A stretch of 64,000 nucleotides of DNA. Origin: an uncultured delta proteobacterium. Its GTDB lineage: Bacteria > Myxococcota_A > Polyangia > Polyangiales > Houyiibacteriaceae. Under the pieces are notes generated by a model that saw nothing but the letters and a program-made list of their open reading frames with translations, was not told the origin of the DNA and did no database searches. The stretch is taken from positions 192,001-256,000 of the forward strand of contig CAVOVB010000001.1 in the NCBI GenBank assembly GCA_963699755.1, in the 5' to 3' direction. The translations under genes and the position numbers were made by a program. Positions 17,804 to 27,805 of this stretch are shown piece after piece (within the stretch, counting starts at the first letter, position 1; each line of letters opens with the position of its first letter).

Positions 17804-19158
17804 CCGTGCGCCTCCATCGTTTCGATGAACGCCTCGAGTCGGTTACTCCCTTGCTCGTCCGAGTAGTCACGCGGATCGTTGTGGTCGGCTTCGAGGAGCA
17901 GGGCGGGGATACCGAGCTTGTTGACCAGCTGATCGCGCTGATCGATCTGCCCGAGCGAATAAGGCTTGCAAGAGCGATCCGAGTGGAGGATCACCCCGTC
18001 GAGCTCGAACGCGTCGACCATTCGTTTCATCGAGTCGAGCTTGTGCGCGGTGGACCGGTTCAAGACCGGATGAAGATACACGCGAGCCATGGAGTCGAGC
18101 GGCTGCGCCGGGTCGATCATCGGCGCAAGCTCGCCCCAGGCGAAAGTGTAAGTCGATGCCACGACGTTGACACCCCGCTCCGCAAGCCACTTCGAAAACT
18201 CGCCGATCTTGAACCAGATGGGAAGGTTGTCCCAGAGCACTCGGTATCGCTCTTGCTTGATGGCGCCGATGCCGCGCTCGATCCGTTCGTCGAGCTCGGC
18301 GATGAGGCGTTCGTAATAGGCAACCGTCACGGCTTCGCCCCGCATGTCGACGATGGGACCCATGTGGATGAAGCCGTCGAACGCGGTCATCGGCGCCGGC
18401 CGGTGCCGGGAGCGGTTGAGGACCTCGAGCCAGAGCTCTGCGCCTCGCCGCGCATTGGTCATCACTTCTTCGAAGCGCTTCTCGTCGAGTGACTTGCCCG
18501 CGATCTCTTCGGCAACGCAGATCATGTCTTCGATCTGGCGCCTCACGAACGCGATCTCGTGGTCGTGGGCTTCTTGGTAGAGGAAGGGCGTGTCGATCAG
18601 CACGAGTGGACAGTCGAAGTAGTCCGCCAAGACGCGGTACCAGTGCAACACCGTTTGGCAGATGTTGGTGCAGCAGACGAGCAGGTCCGGGCGGGGCAAA
18701 CGACCGGCGGGGGTCTTTCCGGAAAGCATCGCGCCGATGTCGGTGCGCGCATAGGAGCAGATGTCACGCGACCAGCCGGCATGCTCCGCCTCTTCGGCGA
18801 TGCTCTGCGCCTGACGCCGAACGCCACAGAGAGCAGCGTGGTTTTCGGGGTACACGAGGAAGTAGCCGAGAGCCTGAAGAGGTTCGGTTGGCGCGCCGCT
18901 CGTCACCCAGGCGACCTTCCGGACACCGGCTGCGTACCGCCCTTCGAGGTAGTGGCGGCTCATGATTTCCTTCATGTACGCGACCGAACGAAGCGGCGGA
19001 TTGAGCGGGCTGTCGGGCCGCGGACGTCTTGTGGCGAACTTCCACTGATCGCGCCAACGCTGAAGGCGAAGCGCCGTCTTGCCGAGGACCTCATAGCTGA
19101 CGAAGTGCTCCAGCCGATTGGAATCCACGTAGTGCGGTAGAGCTTCCGAACTGCTCAT
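17800..19158 (-). CDS. 2-hydroxyacyl-CoA dehydratase / benzoyl-CoA reductase-like Fe-S subunit (HgdA/BcrB type)
   Basis: YPENHAA, DICSYAR, TNICQT, RSCKPYS and LEAD..D..R..AFIE motifs. Confidence 0.88.
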   Translation of the reverse strand: MSSSEALPHYVDSNRLEHFVSYEVLGKTALRLQRWRDQWKFATRRPRPDSPLNPPLRSVAYMKEIMSRHYLEGRYAAGVRKVAWVTSGAPTEPLQALGYFLVYPENHAALCGVRRQAQSIAEEAEHAGWSRDICSYARTDIGAMLSGKTPAGRLPRPDLLVCCTNICQTVLHWYRVLADYFDCPLVLIDTPFLYQEAHDHEIAFVRRQIEDMICVAEEIAGKSLDEKRFEEVMTNARRGAELWLEVLNRSRHRPAPMTAFDGFIHMGPIVDMRGEAVTVAYYERLIAELDERIERGIGAIKQERYRVLWDNLPIWFKIGEFSKWLAERGVNVVASTYTFAWGELAPMIDPAQPLDSMARVYLHPVLNRSTAHKLDSMKRMVDAFELDGVILHSDRSCKPYSLGQIDQRDQLVNKLGIPALLLEADHNDPRDYSDEQGSNRLEAFIETMEAHG

Positions 19159-20246
19159 GAGAGCGTCTCCACGAAGGCTTCGATGCGTGACAGGGTCTGG
19201 TGAGGAAGGCTGTTCCCCATCTCGAACTCGACATGTAGGACTGGAAATCCGGCTGCATTCAGGTGTTTGCGAAGCAGTGGGACGTCGAAGAGCTCTGGTT
19301 CGCAGAACTTCGGGTCGTAGATGAGGAGCCCACGAGCGCCCAGTGCCCGCATCCGCATTTGAAGCGTGTCGGTGCGCACGTGGATGGGGGTGCCGCAGGT
19401 CGGATCGGCCGGAGACGTCAAGAGCCGATTGGCGGCACGCTCGAGGGGGTCGGCTTCCGCCGAGAGCGAATAGACTCGTCGAAAACCGCAGGCGAGATCA
19501 TCGCCCGCAACGTGCGCGCCCATTTCTTCGATCTGGTCGAAGAGCTCCGGCTCCGCCACGATGCCAGAAATCATGAGGCCGACTCCACGCTGCGGCGCCT
19601 CGCCTTCGGGGAGCGCGGCAGCCTGCTCGGAAAACTGCTCGGCGGTGAGGTACTCGCGGGAGCGGACGACTGTGTAGAAATCGCGATCAGAAACCGCAAG
19701 CCGGACGCGACGCTCGTACAGGCCTGCCAAGGCAGCGTCGGCAGCGTCTTCTGCTTCGAAAGCCTCGACCCAGTCATCCGCGCTTGGCTCGTGGCCACTG
19801 ACCTCGACGAGCGTGGTGGCAAGCCGCCCGAGCTCACGGCGGAGAAACTCGTGGTCGGAGCTTCGGCGGCCCCGAGGCAGATAGAGAGTGAGCACGCGTT
19901 GATCTGGCTGGAGAAAATCCTCGAGCACCGAGCCCATGCCCTGCAAGGCGTCACAGGTATGTGGAACCAAAATCGCCTTCGCCGCGTCGAGACCGCCTGA
20001 ACGAAGGAATGACATCGCCTTCACGACGATGTCACAGGTGTAGGCCTGGAAGTGACGGCTCCCCTCGTGACGCTCGACATGCGGAGGCCCCCAAACCTCG
20101 ATCGGGTGGAGCCGATGCGCACGAAGCATCGCGCGCGGATAGTGAATCGGCATCACCGCAACGAGGTCACGACCAAGCGACCGAACATGCTCGACGACTT
20201 CAAGCCGGCTGGGGAGCGAAAGCGCTGCGGTGACAGGCTCAGACAC
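19155..20246 (-). CDS. 2-hydroxyacyl-CoA dehydratase-like Fe-S subunit (HgdB/BcrC type)
   Basis: YTCDIV, HTCDAL, DDLACG, KFCEPELFD and RIEAFVE motifs. Start approximate (GTG 20246 or 20270). Confidence 0.85.
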   Translation of the reverse strand: MSEPVTAALSLPSRLEVVEHVRSLGRDLVAVMPIHYPRAMLRAHRLHPIEVWGPPHVERHEGSRHFQAYTCDIVVKAMSFLRSGGLDAAKAILVPHTCDALQGMGSVLEDFLQPDQRVLTLYLPRGRRSSDHEFLRRELGRLATTLVEVSGHEPSADDWVEAFEAEDAADAALAGLYERRVRLAVSDRDFYTVVRSREYLTAEQFSEQAAALPEGEAPQRGVGLMISGIVAEPELFDQIEEMGAHVAGDDLACGFRRVYSLSAEADPLERAANRLLTSPADPTCGTPIHVRTDTLQMRMRALGARGLLIYDPKFCEPELFDVPLLRKHLNAAGFPVLHVEFEMGNSLPHQTLSRIEAFVETLS

Positions 20247-20646
20247 GGAAACGAGTCTGCCCCAATTCACCGTACCCCGTCGACCCGAAGATCGGCGAAC
20301 CCGGCACCGACGCTGGCACCAACACCGGCCCCCAGACATGCGCGGCAGCGCGAGCTGAAAGCGAAGCCCGGCGCAACGCGCCGCCAAGCCTAAGCGAAGC
20401 GCCAGGCGCGGCAGGGAGGACTACGGGTGGGGGTGGGCGGGTGGTGTAACCAACACCGACGCCGGCGCTGGCCCCGGGACCACGAGAATCTGGCTACGAG
20501 GGGCCGCGGAATCGCAACCAGATGCGGAAAGGGTCCGAGAGCGCAAATGTTTCGCTTTCAGCGCTGGGACGCTCAGGTGTAGATTCAAGCTTCGGCGCTC
20601 CGCACCGCCTTCCGTCGGCGGCTATTCGGGCGCGGGAAGGAAAGCC

Positions 20647-22398
20647 ATGACTCAGATGGTTGGAGGAGAGGTGCTCGCTCGGATGCTGGCGGCCGAGGGC
20701 GTGGAGGTCGTTTTCGGGATCGTCGATGGCACGTACATGGGCTTCTTTGCGAGCTTCGAGAAGCACGGCATCCGGATGGTGTCGCCCCGGCACGAAACGA
20801 GCGCCGCCCACATGGCGGGCGCATATGCCCGTCTCACCGGTAAGCTCGGGGTTTGCATGGCGTCGAATGGCCCCGGCGTTGCGAACATCCTGCCGGGGAT
20901 CGCGGTGGAAAACGGAGAAGGCAACCGTGTCCTCGTGATCACATCGAGCCGACGGACGCCGATCTCCTATCCGGATCGCGGTGGCACGTATCAGTACTTC
21001 AACCAAACTGGTGTCACGCGAGCGATGACCAAGTGGAGTGGCGCGGTACCTTCCTTTGAACGCCTTCCCGAGCTCTTCCGCCGCGCCGCACGGATCAGCT
21101 GGACAGGGCGCCCCGGGGTCGTTCACCTCGATGTTCCGGAAACCGTGATGAACGGAGTCTTCGAAGCCGATGCGATCGATCTTCGACCGCCGCAAGCGTA
21201 CCGACGCACCGAGCCCATCGAAGCTTCGCCGAGCCAGATCGCGCGCTCGGCGGAGCTCCTTCGAAACGCGGAGCGTCCCCACATCCACGTCGGAAGCGGA
21301 GTCCTGCATGCGCACGCCTCGGACGCCCTCGAACAGCTCGCCGAATCGACGGGCTCGCCCGTCACCACGAGCTGGGCCGGGCGCGGCGCCCTCCCCGACA
21401 ATCACCAGCAATTGCTGCCGATTTGGGCGATGGAGCCGATCAACCAGGCCCGGAGCGAAGCCGATGTCGTCTTGGTCATCGGCTCGCGGCTCGGGGAGAC
21501 CGATTGGTGGGGCAAGCCTCCATACTGGGGCGAGCCGGATGAGCAGAAGATGATCCAGGTCGACGTCGACGAGGAGATTCTCGGGCTGAACAAGGCCACC
21601 GAGCTCGCCATCGTTGCAGACGCCCGGACATTTCTTTCCGCCCTCGCAGCCCAGCTGAAGCGATCACCGCTCAGCGACGAGCGCTTGCGGGCCAATCGAG
21701 CGCGCGCGGCTGGCCTTGCTGAGGACGTGGGCAAGGTTCGCGCACAGCTCGACATGGCGCTTCAGAACACGGCAAGCCCGATGCACAGCGCTCAGGTGCC
21801 TGCGGCCTGCCAGCGCTTCTTTGGCGACGACACCGTCCGTGTCTTCGACGGCGGCAACGCGACCGTCTGGGCAAGCTTTTTCTCCGAGATCAATCGACCC
21901 GACACGCTTCTATCGACCTTCAAGTTCGGAATGTTGGGCGCCGGCGTTTCGCAGGCGCTTGCCGGACAAATCGCCAAGCCGGATTCGAAAGTCGTCTGCA
22001 TCATCGGCGATGGTGCGATGGGCTTTCACTTTCAAGAGCTCGAAACCGCGCTGCGCAACGACCTGCCCATCATCTACCTGGTCCTCTGCGACAAGCAATG
22101 GGGCATGGTGAAGCTCACGCAGTCGATCGCGCTCGGCATGCTGCGTCCCGCCATCGGAACCGATCAGCAGGGCACGATCAACGCAGATTTCAAGGAGATC
22201 GAGTTCGACAAGGTCGCAGAGGCGATGGGTTGCCACGGCGAGCGGGTCGCCGACCCGGCGGAGCTCGAGGCGGCGCTTCAGCGCTGCGTGGATTCGGGCA
22301 AGCCGTCGGTCATTCACGTCGATGTAGATCAGAACATGCATCTGTTCGCGCCCGGGCTTCAGGAGTTCAAGGCGATGCACCAGGAGCCTGGAGCCTGA
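20647..22398 (+). CDS. Thiamine-diphosphate-dependent enzyme (acetolactate synthase / 2-hydroxyacyl-CoA lyase superfamily)
   Basis: RHETSAAHMA..YAR, GPGVAN, GRPGVVHLDVP and ThDP motif GDGAMGF...LCDKQWGM. Confidence 0.9.
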   Translation: MTQMVGGEVLARMLAAEGVEVVFGIVDGTYMGFFASFEKHGIRMVSPRHETSAAHMAGAYARLTGKLGVCMASNGPGVANILPGIAVENGEGNRVLVITSSRRTPISYPDRGGTYQYFNQTGVTRAMTKWSGAVPSFERLPELFRRAARISWTGRPGVVHLDVPETVMNGVFEADAIDLRPPQAYRRTEPIEASPSQIARSAELLRNAERPHIHVGSGVLHAHASDALEQLAESTGSPVTTSWAGRGALPDNHQQLLPIWAMEPINQARSEADVVLVIGSRLGETDWWGKPPYWGEPDEQKMIQVDVDEEILGLNKATELAIVADARTFLSALAAQLKRSPLSDERLRANRARAAGLAEDVGKVRAQLDMALQNTASPMHSAQVPAACQRFFGDDTVRVFDGGNATVWASFFSEINRPDTLLSTFKFGMLGAGVSQALAGQIAKPDSKVVCIIGDGAMGFHFQELETALRNDLPIIYLVLCDKQWGMVKLTQSIALGMLRPAIGTDQQGTINADFKEIEFDKVAEAMGCHGERVADPAELEAALQRCVDSGKPSVIHVDVDQNMHLFAPGLQEFKAMHQEPGA

Positions 22399-23366
22399 TG
22401 GGCGCGGGCCCCGCGGTCTTGGTGACCGGGGCGGCTGGCTACGTCGGTCGTCTCTGCGTCGCCGCCCTGGCGAAACGACGGGACGAGCTTTCCGCGCTGG
22501 TCGCGCTCGATTGGACCGAGGTCGAGCAGGCCGAGCGACTCGATGCTGTGGTCTACGAGCAGGACGACATCTGCGACCCCGCGCTCAAGGACCTGTTTGC
22601 TCGGCACGGCATCGACACCGTCGTCCACCTCGCTTCGATCGTTCGGACGCCCAGGGGTGCGCCCAAAGACCTGGCCTATCGGGTCGACGTGCTCGGCACC
22701 AAAAACATCCTCGAGGCATGCGAGGCGGTAGAGGCGACACGGCTGATCGTAACCTCCAGTGGCGCGGCCTACGGATATCATCCGGACAACCCCGATTGGT
22801 TGGATGAGAATGACCCGCTCCGAGGCAACGACGAGTTCGAATACTCGAAACACAAACGCATCGTCGAAGAGATGCTCGCGCGCTGGCGCGAGGAACGTCC
22901 CGAGCTTCGACAGATCGTATTCCGACCCGGTACCATCGTCGGACCCGACGTGCACAGCCCGGTGACCGACCTCTTCGAGAAGCCCGTGATTCTGGGCATC
23001 GTCGGCTCGGACTCGCCGTTCGTGTTCATTTGGGATCAGGACCTGGTGGCCTGCCTCGTCGACGCGGTCTTCTCGAACAAGATCGGCGTCTACAACCAGG
23101 CTGGAGACGGCGCGCTCACCCCGCGCGAGATCGCGAAGATGCTGAACAAGCCCTATGTGCCCTTGCCGGCATCGCTCGTGAAGGCAATCCTTTGGGCGCT
23201 CAAGAGCCTCGGTTTGACCGAGAACGGACCGGAGCGAGTGAACTTCCTGCGCTACCGGCCGGTGCTCTCGAACCGGCGGCTCAAGGAGGAGCTCGGCTAC
23301 ATCCCAGCGCTCAGCAGTCGCGAAGCATTCGAGCTGTACGCCCGCGCGCGGGGGCTTCTTGCCTAG
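22398..23366 (+). CDS. Extended SDR, NAD-dependent epimerase/dehydratase (3-beta-HSD-like fold)
   Basis: LVTGAAGYVG, HLAS, SSGAAYG and YSKHK motifs. Start ATG 22398 overlaps the upstream TGA. Confidence 0.87.
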   Translation: MGAGPAVLVTGAAGYVGRLCVAALAKRRDELSALVALDWTEVEQAERLDAVVYEQDDICDPALKDLFARHGIDTVVHLASIVRTPRGAPKDLAYRVDVLGTKNILEACEAVEATRLIVTSSGAAYGYHPDNPDWLDENDPLRGNDEFEYSKHKRIVEEMLARWREERPELRQIVFRPGTIVGPDVHSPVTDLFEKPVILGIVGSDSPFVFIWDQDLVACLVDAVFSNKIGVYNQAGDGALTPREIAKMLNKPYVPLPASLVKAILWALKSLGLTENGPERVNFLRYRPVLSNRRLKEELGYIPALSSREAFELYARARGLLA

Positions 23367-24174
23367 GCGTGATATCCATGGATGCGCGGTCGTCATCACA
23401 GGCGGCGCCGGCACGATCGGACGCGCGCTCGCTCGAAGCTTTGGTCGGGCAGGCGCGAAAATCGCCCTCATCGACTTGCCCACGAGCCCCTTGAGCGAGG
23501 CGCGCGACGAGCTCGAACGCACGGGCATCGACGTGATTGCACTAGCCTGCGACATCACCGACACGGAGCAAGTGCAGTCAACCATGGGCGCCGTGCGCGA
23601 AACCTTCGGGAGCATCGACGTGCTGATCAACAACGCGGGCATCGTGCATCGAAGCGCGTTCGCAGAGACGCGGCCTGAGGTGTTTCGCCGAGTGATGGAC
23701 GTGAACGTGTTTGGCGCGCTGCACTGCACGCAAGCCTGTCTTGCTGATCTCGTCGCGAACCGTGGACTTATCATCGCCGTCTCGAGCATCGCCGGATTGG
23801 CGCCACTCTACGGGCGCAGCGGATACGCTGCCTCGAAACACGCAATGCACGGTCTCTTCGAGAGCTTGGGCGCAGAGCTCGCGGACGAGGGGGTCGGCGT
23901 GCTGATGGTCTGCCCTTCGTTCGTCGAAAGCGGCTTGGAGGCGTCCACGCTCGGCGGCGACGGCGAGCGCGTCTCGCGGCCGCGGTCCAAGGTCGGAAAG
24001 CTCGGCGATGCGGATGCGGTCGCTGCCGAGGTGTTGAAGGCTGCCGAAGCTGGACGGCGACGGCTCGTCCTGACCCCCGTGGGCAAGACCAGCGCCGTCC
24101 TCTCGCGCCTCGCGCCCGGGCTCTATCAGAAACTGATGATTTGGAGCCTGCGCTCGGAGCTCGACGAGAGCTGA
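23359..24174 (+). CDS. Short-chain dehydrogenase/reductase
   Basis: TGGAGTIG, NNAG and YAASK motifs. Confidence 0.9.
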   Translation: MPRRDIHGCAVVITGGAGTIGRALARSFGRAGAKIALIDLPTSPLSEARDELERTGIDVIALACDITDTEQVQSTMGAVRETFGSIDVLINNAGIVHRSAFAETRPEVFRRVMDVNVFGALHCTQACLADLVANRGLIIAVSSIAGLAPLYGRSGYAASKHAMHGLFESLGAELADEGVGVLMVCPSFVESGLEASTLGGDGERVSRPRSKVGKLGDADAVAAEVLKAAEAGRRRLVLTPVGKTSAVLSRLAPGLYQKLMIWSLRSELDES

Positions 24175-24185
24175 CGAGCTCTGGC

Positions 24186-25178
24186 TCAGCTCTTCGGCGC
24201 GGCCAAGCCCTTGACCGGATGCGCTTGGTATGGCGCTTCGAGCATCGCGATTTCTTCAGCGCTGAGCTGGATCTGCGCGGCGGCGATGGCGTCGTCCAGG
24301 TGCTTGAGCTTGGTTGCGCCCACGATCGGGGCCGTCACCGCCGGCTTTGAAAGCAGCCAGGCCAGAGCGATGCGTGCGGGTGGCTCGCCCCTGTCGGTCG
24401 CTACCTTCTTGACTGCATCGACGACGTCCCAGTCCGACGGCTGGTCGTACAGGATTTGATCGAGCCCGTCGCTAGATGAGCGGCTGGTGGAGCTGTCCCC
24501 GAGCTTGCTGCGCGTCGCAGCGAGCATCCCGCGAGCCAGCGGCGACCAGGGAATGACCCCGATCCCCTCCTCTTCGCAGAGCGGCATCATCTCGCGCTCC
24601 TCTTCGCGATACACGAGGTTGTAGTGGTTCTGCATCGTGACGAAGCGCGCCCAGCCGTTGCGCTCGGACATGGAAAGCAGTCTTTGAAACTGCCATGCGT
24701 ACATCGAGCTCGCACCGATGTAACGGACCTTTCCCTGTGTGACGAGCTGGTCGAGGGCCGCCATCATTTCTTCCATGGGCGTGTCTGGGTCCAGGCGGTG
24801 GATCTGGTAGAGGTCGATGGCGTCGACACCCAAACGCCGGAGGCTGGCCTCGCAGGCTTGCTGGATGTGCTTGCGAGAAAGCCCGCCCATGTTGGGGCGT
24901 TCGTTCATCGGAAAGAAGACCTTTGTACAGATGACGATTTCATCGAGGTTGCCGTATTCGCGAAGCCACTTCCCAGTCACTTCTTCGCTCACCCCGAGCG
25001 AATACATATCGGCGGTGTCGAAGAAATTGATGCCCGCCTCGATCGCACGCTTAAAAAAGGGTGCAGAGGCGTCCGAGTCGTGGATCCAAGGCCGCCAGTC
25101 GGGCGTTCCGTAGCTCATGCAGCCGAGACAAATTCGTGAGACGGTCACTCCCGTCCGGCCAAGATGCGTGTACCTCAT
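24186..25178 (-). CDS. Aldo/keto reductase
   Basis: LGCMSYG, FDTADMYS, DLYQIHR, GKVRYIG and PWSPLARG motifs. Confidence 0.93.
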   Translation of the reverse strand: MRYTHLGRTGVTVSRICLGCMSYGTPDWRPWIHDSDASAPFFKRAIEAGINFFDTADMYSLGVSEEVTGKWLREYGNLDEIVICTKVFFPMNERPNMGGLSRKHIQQACEASLRRLGVDAIDLYQIHRLDPDTPMEEMMAALDQLVTQGKVRYIGASSMYAWQFQRLLSMSERNGWARFVTMQNHYNLVYREEEREMMPLCEEEGIGVIPWSPLARGMLAATRSKLGDSSTSRSSSDGLDQILYDQPSDWDVVDAVKKVATDRGEPPARIALAWLLSKPAVTAPIVGATKLKHLDDAIAAAQIQLSAEEIAMLEAPYQAHPVKGLAAPKS

Positions 25179-25230
25179 GCCGTCGATACTACATCATCTG
25201 AACAAGCCGCTGCACCGCTCATGCGCCCTG

Positions 25231-25923
25231 TTAACTCTTCCCGTAGACCGGCACGAGAGCCCCGCGCGTGACCGCGTTCTCGGGTGAGGCAAGGAACGCT
25301 ATGGTTTCGGCGATTTCGTCGGGCTTCGGCCAGGCGTCGTAATTGGCGTCAGGCATGGCTGCGCGGTTTGCCGGGGTGTCGATGATGCTCGGAACGATGG
25401 CGTTGACCCAAATCGAAGAGCTCGAGAGCTCCTCTGCCAGCGAAAGCGTCAGCGCGGCAACAGCAGCCTTCGAAGCCGAATAGGCCGTCATCTGCCCGGC
25501 GGGCACGATGACCGGACGCGCCGCCACGTTGACGATGCGCCCTTCGCGCCCTTGCATCGTCTTCACTGCTTCGCGACAGGAGAGAAAGCACGTCGTCGCG
25601 TTGATGCGCATCAAATGCTCCCAAACGTCGAGACTGGTAGTGCTGATCGGGCCCATCGCAAAGCCGCCCGCGAGATGGATGCTCGCATAGAGCGAGGTCG
25701 TTGCGTCGAAGAGACGGGCTACGTCGGCTTCGATGCTCAGGTCCAGCCCCTCGTGAAGCTTCACCGAGTCGTGCCCGCGATAGGGAAAACCATCGAGCTC
25801 CCGCGGCGCGAAGATAGGAACATGCACGATCGCACCGGCCAGAACGAGACGCCCTACGACCGCGCTACCAAGGGCGCCCGTTCCGCCCGTAACGACCGCT
25901 TCGCGGCCAGAAAGATCCAGCAT
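25231..25923 (-). CDS. Short-chain dehydrogenase/reductase
   Basis: TGGTGALG, YSASK and IIDTPANR motifs. Confidence 0.88.
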   Translation of the reverse strand: MLDLSGREAVVTGGTGALGSAVVGRLVLAGAIVHVPIFAPRELDGFPYRGHDSVKLHEGLDLSIEADVARLFDATTSLYASIHLAGGFAMGPISTTSLDVWEHLMRINATTCFLSCREAVKTMQGREGRIVNVAARPVIVPAGQMTAYSASKAAVAALTLSLAEELSSSSIWVNAIVPSIIDTPANRAAMPDANYDAWPKPDEIAETIAFLASPENAVTRGALVPVYGKS

Positions 25924-26111
25924 GGGCCGGAGCTTAGTTCAGGAAGCGGCAGACCTCACCTCGGGGCTCGGCCCTGCGGCGTAGGCGCTCACCTCTCCTC
26001 GAAACCTAGGCCCCGACGCGCTCTAGCGAGACCCTATGATCTCGATCAAAGGCAACACTTATGCTGCGAGAAGGTGTATTCTCGTTGGCCCGTCCGGATG
26101 AGGAGTGACTG

Positions 26112-27779
26112 ATGGCCGAATCGAAGCTCGTACTAGACGATGTCTACCACTGGGAACAATCTACGCCTGACCGGCTTTGGATGACCCAACCGATCGGCAA
26201 CGGCGAAGTCGAAACCTACACCTGGGCCGAAGCGATGGATCAGGTGCGACGAATGGCGGCCCACCTGAAGTCGCTGAATCTCCCGCCCGGGAGTCACATC
26301 GGCCTCATCTCGAAGAACTGCGCGCACTTCATCTTCGCCGATCTCGCGATTTGGATGGCAGGGCACGTGAGCGTCGCGCTCTATCCGACGCTAAATGCGG
26401 AGACCATCGAATACATCCTCGACCACAGCGAGTCGAAGCTCCTGTTCGTCGGTAAGCTCGACGGCTGGGAGGAAATCAAGCAGGGCATCCCCGCCGAGAT
26501 GCCTTGCATCTCTTTGCCACTCGCGCCGCCGACCGACTACGAGTCCTGGAATTCGATCACCGAGCGAACCGAGCCCCTTCAAGGGAATCCGTCTCGAGGA
26601 GCCGACGAGCTCGCGATCATCGTGTACACCTCGGGGAGCACCGGGCGGCCGAAGGGCGTGATGCACAGCTTCGGCGCGATCGCCGCTTCGGTGGATGGGG
26701 CCGAGCAGATCTTCCACGCGAACAGCAAGGACCGCATGCTGTCCTATCTTCCACTGGCCCATGTGTTCGAGCGCTTCTTCGTGGAAGCACAAGGCTTTCG
26801 CACGGGGCTGCAGCTCTTTTTCGCGGAGTCACTCGATACCTTCGTTGCCGACTTGAATCGCGCACAGCCGACGGTTTTCATCTCGGTGCCTCGACTGTGG
26901 TTGAAGTTCCAACTCGGGGTGTTCCACAAAGTGCCGCCCGAGAAGCTTGCACGCACGCTTCGCATCCCGCTCCTCAATCGACTGGTCAAAAAGAAGATCC
27001 TCACCGGCCTGGGCCTTCAGCACGTTCGGCTCGCGGCCAGCGGCTCGGCACCGATCCCGCCGGATCTGATTCAGTGGTATCGAGATCTGGGTCTCGAGCT
27101 TCTCGAAGGCTATGGCATGAGCGAGGACTTCGCCTACTCACACGCAAGCTACCCGGGTCACGGGCGCGTCGGCTACGTGGGCAGCCCGATGCCCGGCGTC
27201 GACGTGAAGATCAGCGACGAAGGGGAGATCCTCATCAAGTCCCCGGGCAACATGATGGGCTACTACAAGGAGCCGGCGATGACAGCCGAGTGCTACACCG
27301 AAGACGGATACTTCAAGACCGGTGACCGGGGTGAGCGCGACGAGGAAGGAAGGCTCAAAATAACCGGCCGCGTGAAAGAGCTCTTCAAGACGAGCAAGGG
27401 CAAGTACGTCGCTCCGGTGCCCATCGAGAATCTCATCAATAACAATGCTCACGTCGAGATGTGCTGCGTGAGCGGCTCCGGGCATCCCCAGCCCTTCGCT
27501 CTGGTGCTCCTCGCGGAAGAGCTCCGTCCGAAGCTGAGCGACCCCGATGTGCGCGCGCAGATCGAATCAGAGCTCGAAGAGCAACTGAGGCAGGTCAACG
27601 AGGAGGTCGAAGCCTTCGAACGCCTTCAGTTCTTGACGGTGGTAAAAGACCCCTGGCTAATTGAAAACGGCTTTCTGACCCCAACCATGAAAATGAAGCG
27701 GAGCATGCTCGAAGAGACCTACGGGCCAAAGATGGACCAGTGGTATGCCGCGCGCCGGAAGGTGGTCTGGGAGGCCTAG
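26112..27779 (+). CDS. Long-chain fatty acyl-CoA synthetase (AMP-binding)
   Basis: YTSGSTGRPKG, YLPLAH, EGYGMSE, TGD, GRVKELFKTSKGKYVAP and LTPTMK motifs. Confidence 0.92.
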   Translation: MAESKLVLDDVYHWEQSTPDRLWMTQPIGNGEVETYTWAEAMDQVRRMAAHLKSLNLPPGSHIGLISKNCAHFIFADLAIWMAGHVSVALYPTLNAETIEYILDHSESKLLFVGKLDGWEEIKQGIPAEMPCISLPLAPPTDYESWNSITERTEPLQGNPSRGADELAIIVYTSGSTGRPKGVMHSFGAIAASVDGAEQIFHANSKDRMLSYLPLAHVFERFFVEAQGFRTGLQLFFAESLDTFVADLNRAQPTVFISVPRLWLKFQLGVFHKVPPEKLARTLRIPLLNRLVKKKILTGLGLQHVRLAASGSAPIPPDLIQWYRDLGLELLEGYGMSEDFAYSHASYPGHGRVGYVGSPMPGVDVKISDEGEILIKSPGNMMGYYKEPAMTAECYTEDGYFKTGDRGERDEEGRLKITGRVKELFKTSKGKYVAPVPIENLINNNAHVEMCCVSGSGHPQPFALVLLAEELRPKLSDPDVRAQIESELEEQLRQVNEEVEAFERLQFLTVVKDPWLIENGFLTPTMKMKRSMLEETYGPKMDQWYAARRKVVWEA

Positions 27780-27805
27780 CAGTCGTGCGCTAGATTCCGC
27801 CTTCG

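Noticed and set aside
17036..20246. Class I benzoyl-CoA reductase (bcrABCD)
   Set aside because: Only one ATPase subunit is present and no ring-cleavage genes (dch/had/oah) lie nearby. Not formally excluded without phylogeny.
25930..26030. Short direct (ctcacctc) and inverted (tcggggc/gccccga) repeats between the SDR and the acyl-CoA ligase
   Set aside because: Too short to distinguish from chance in GC-rich DNA.
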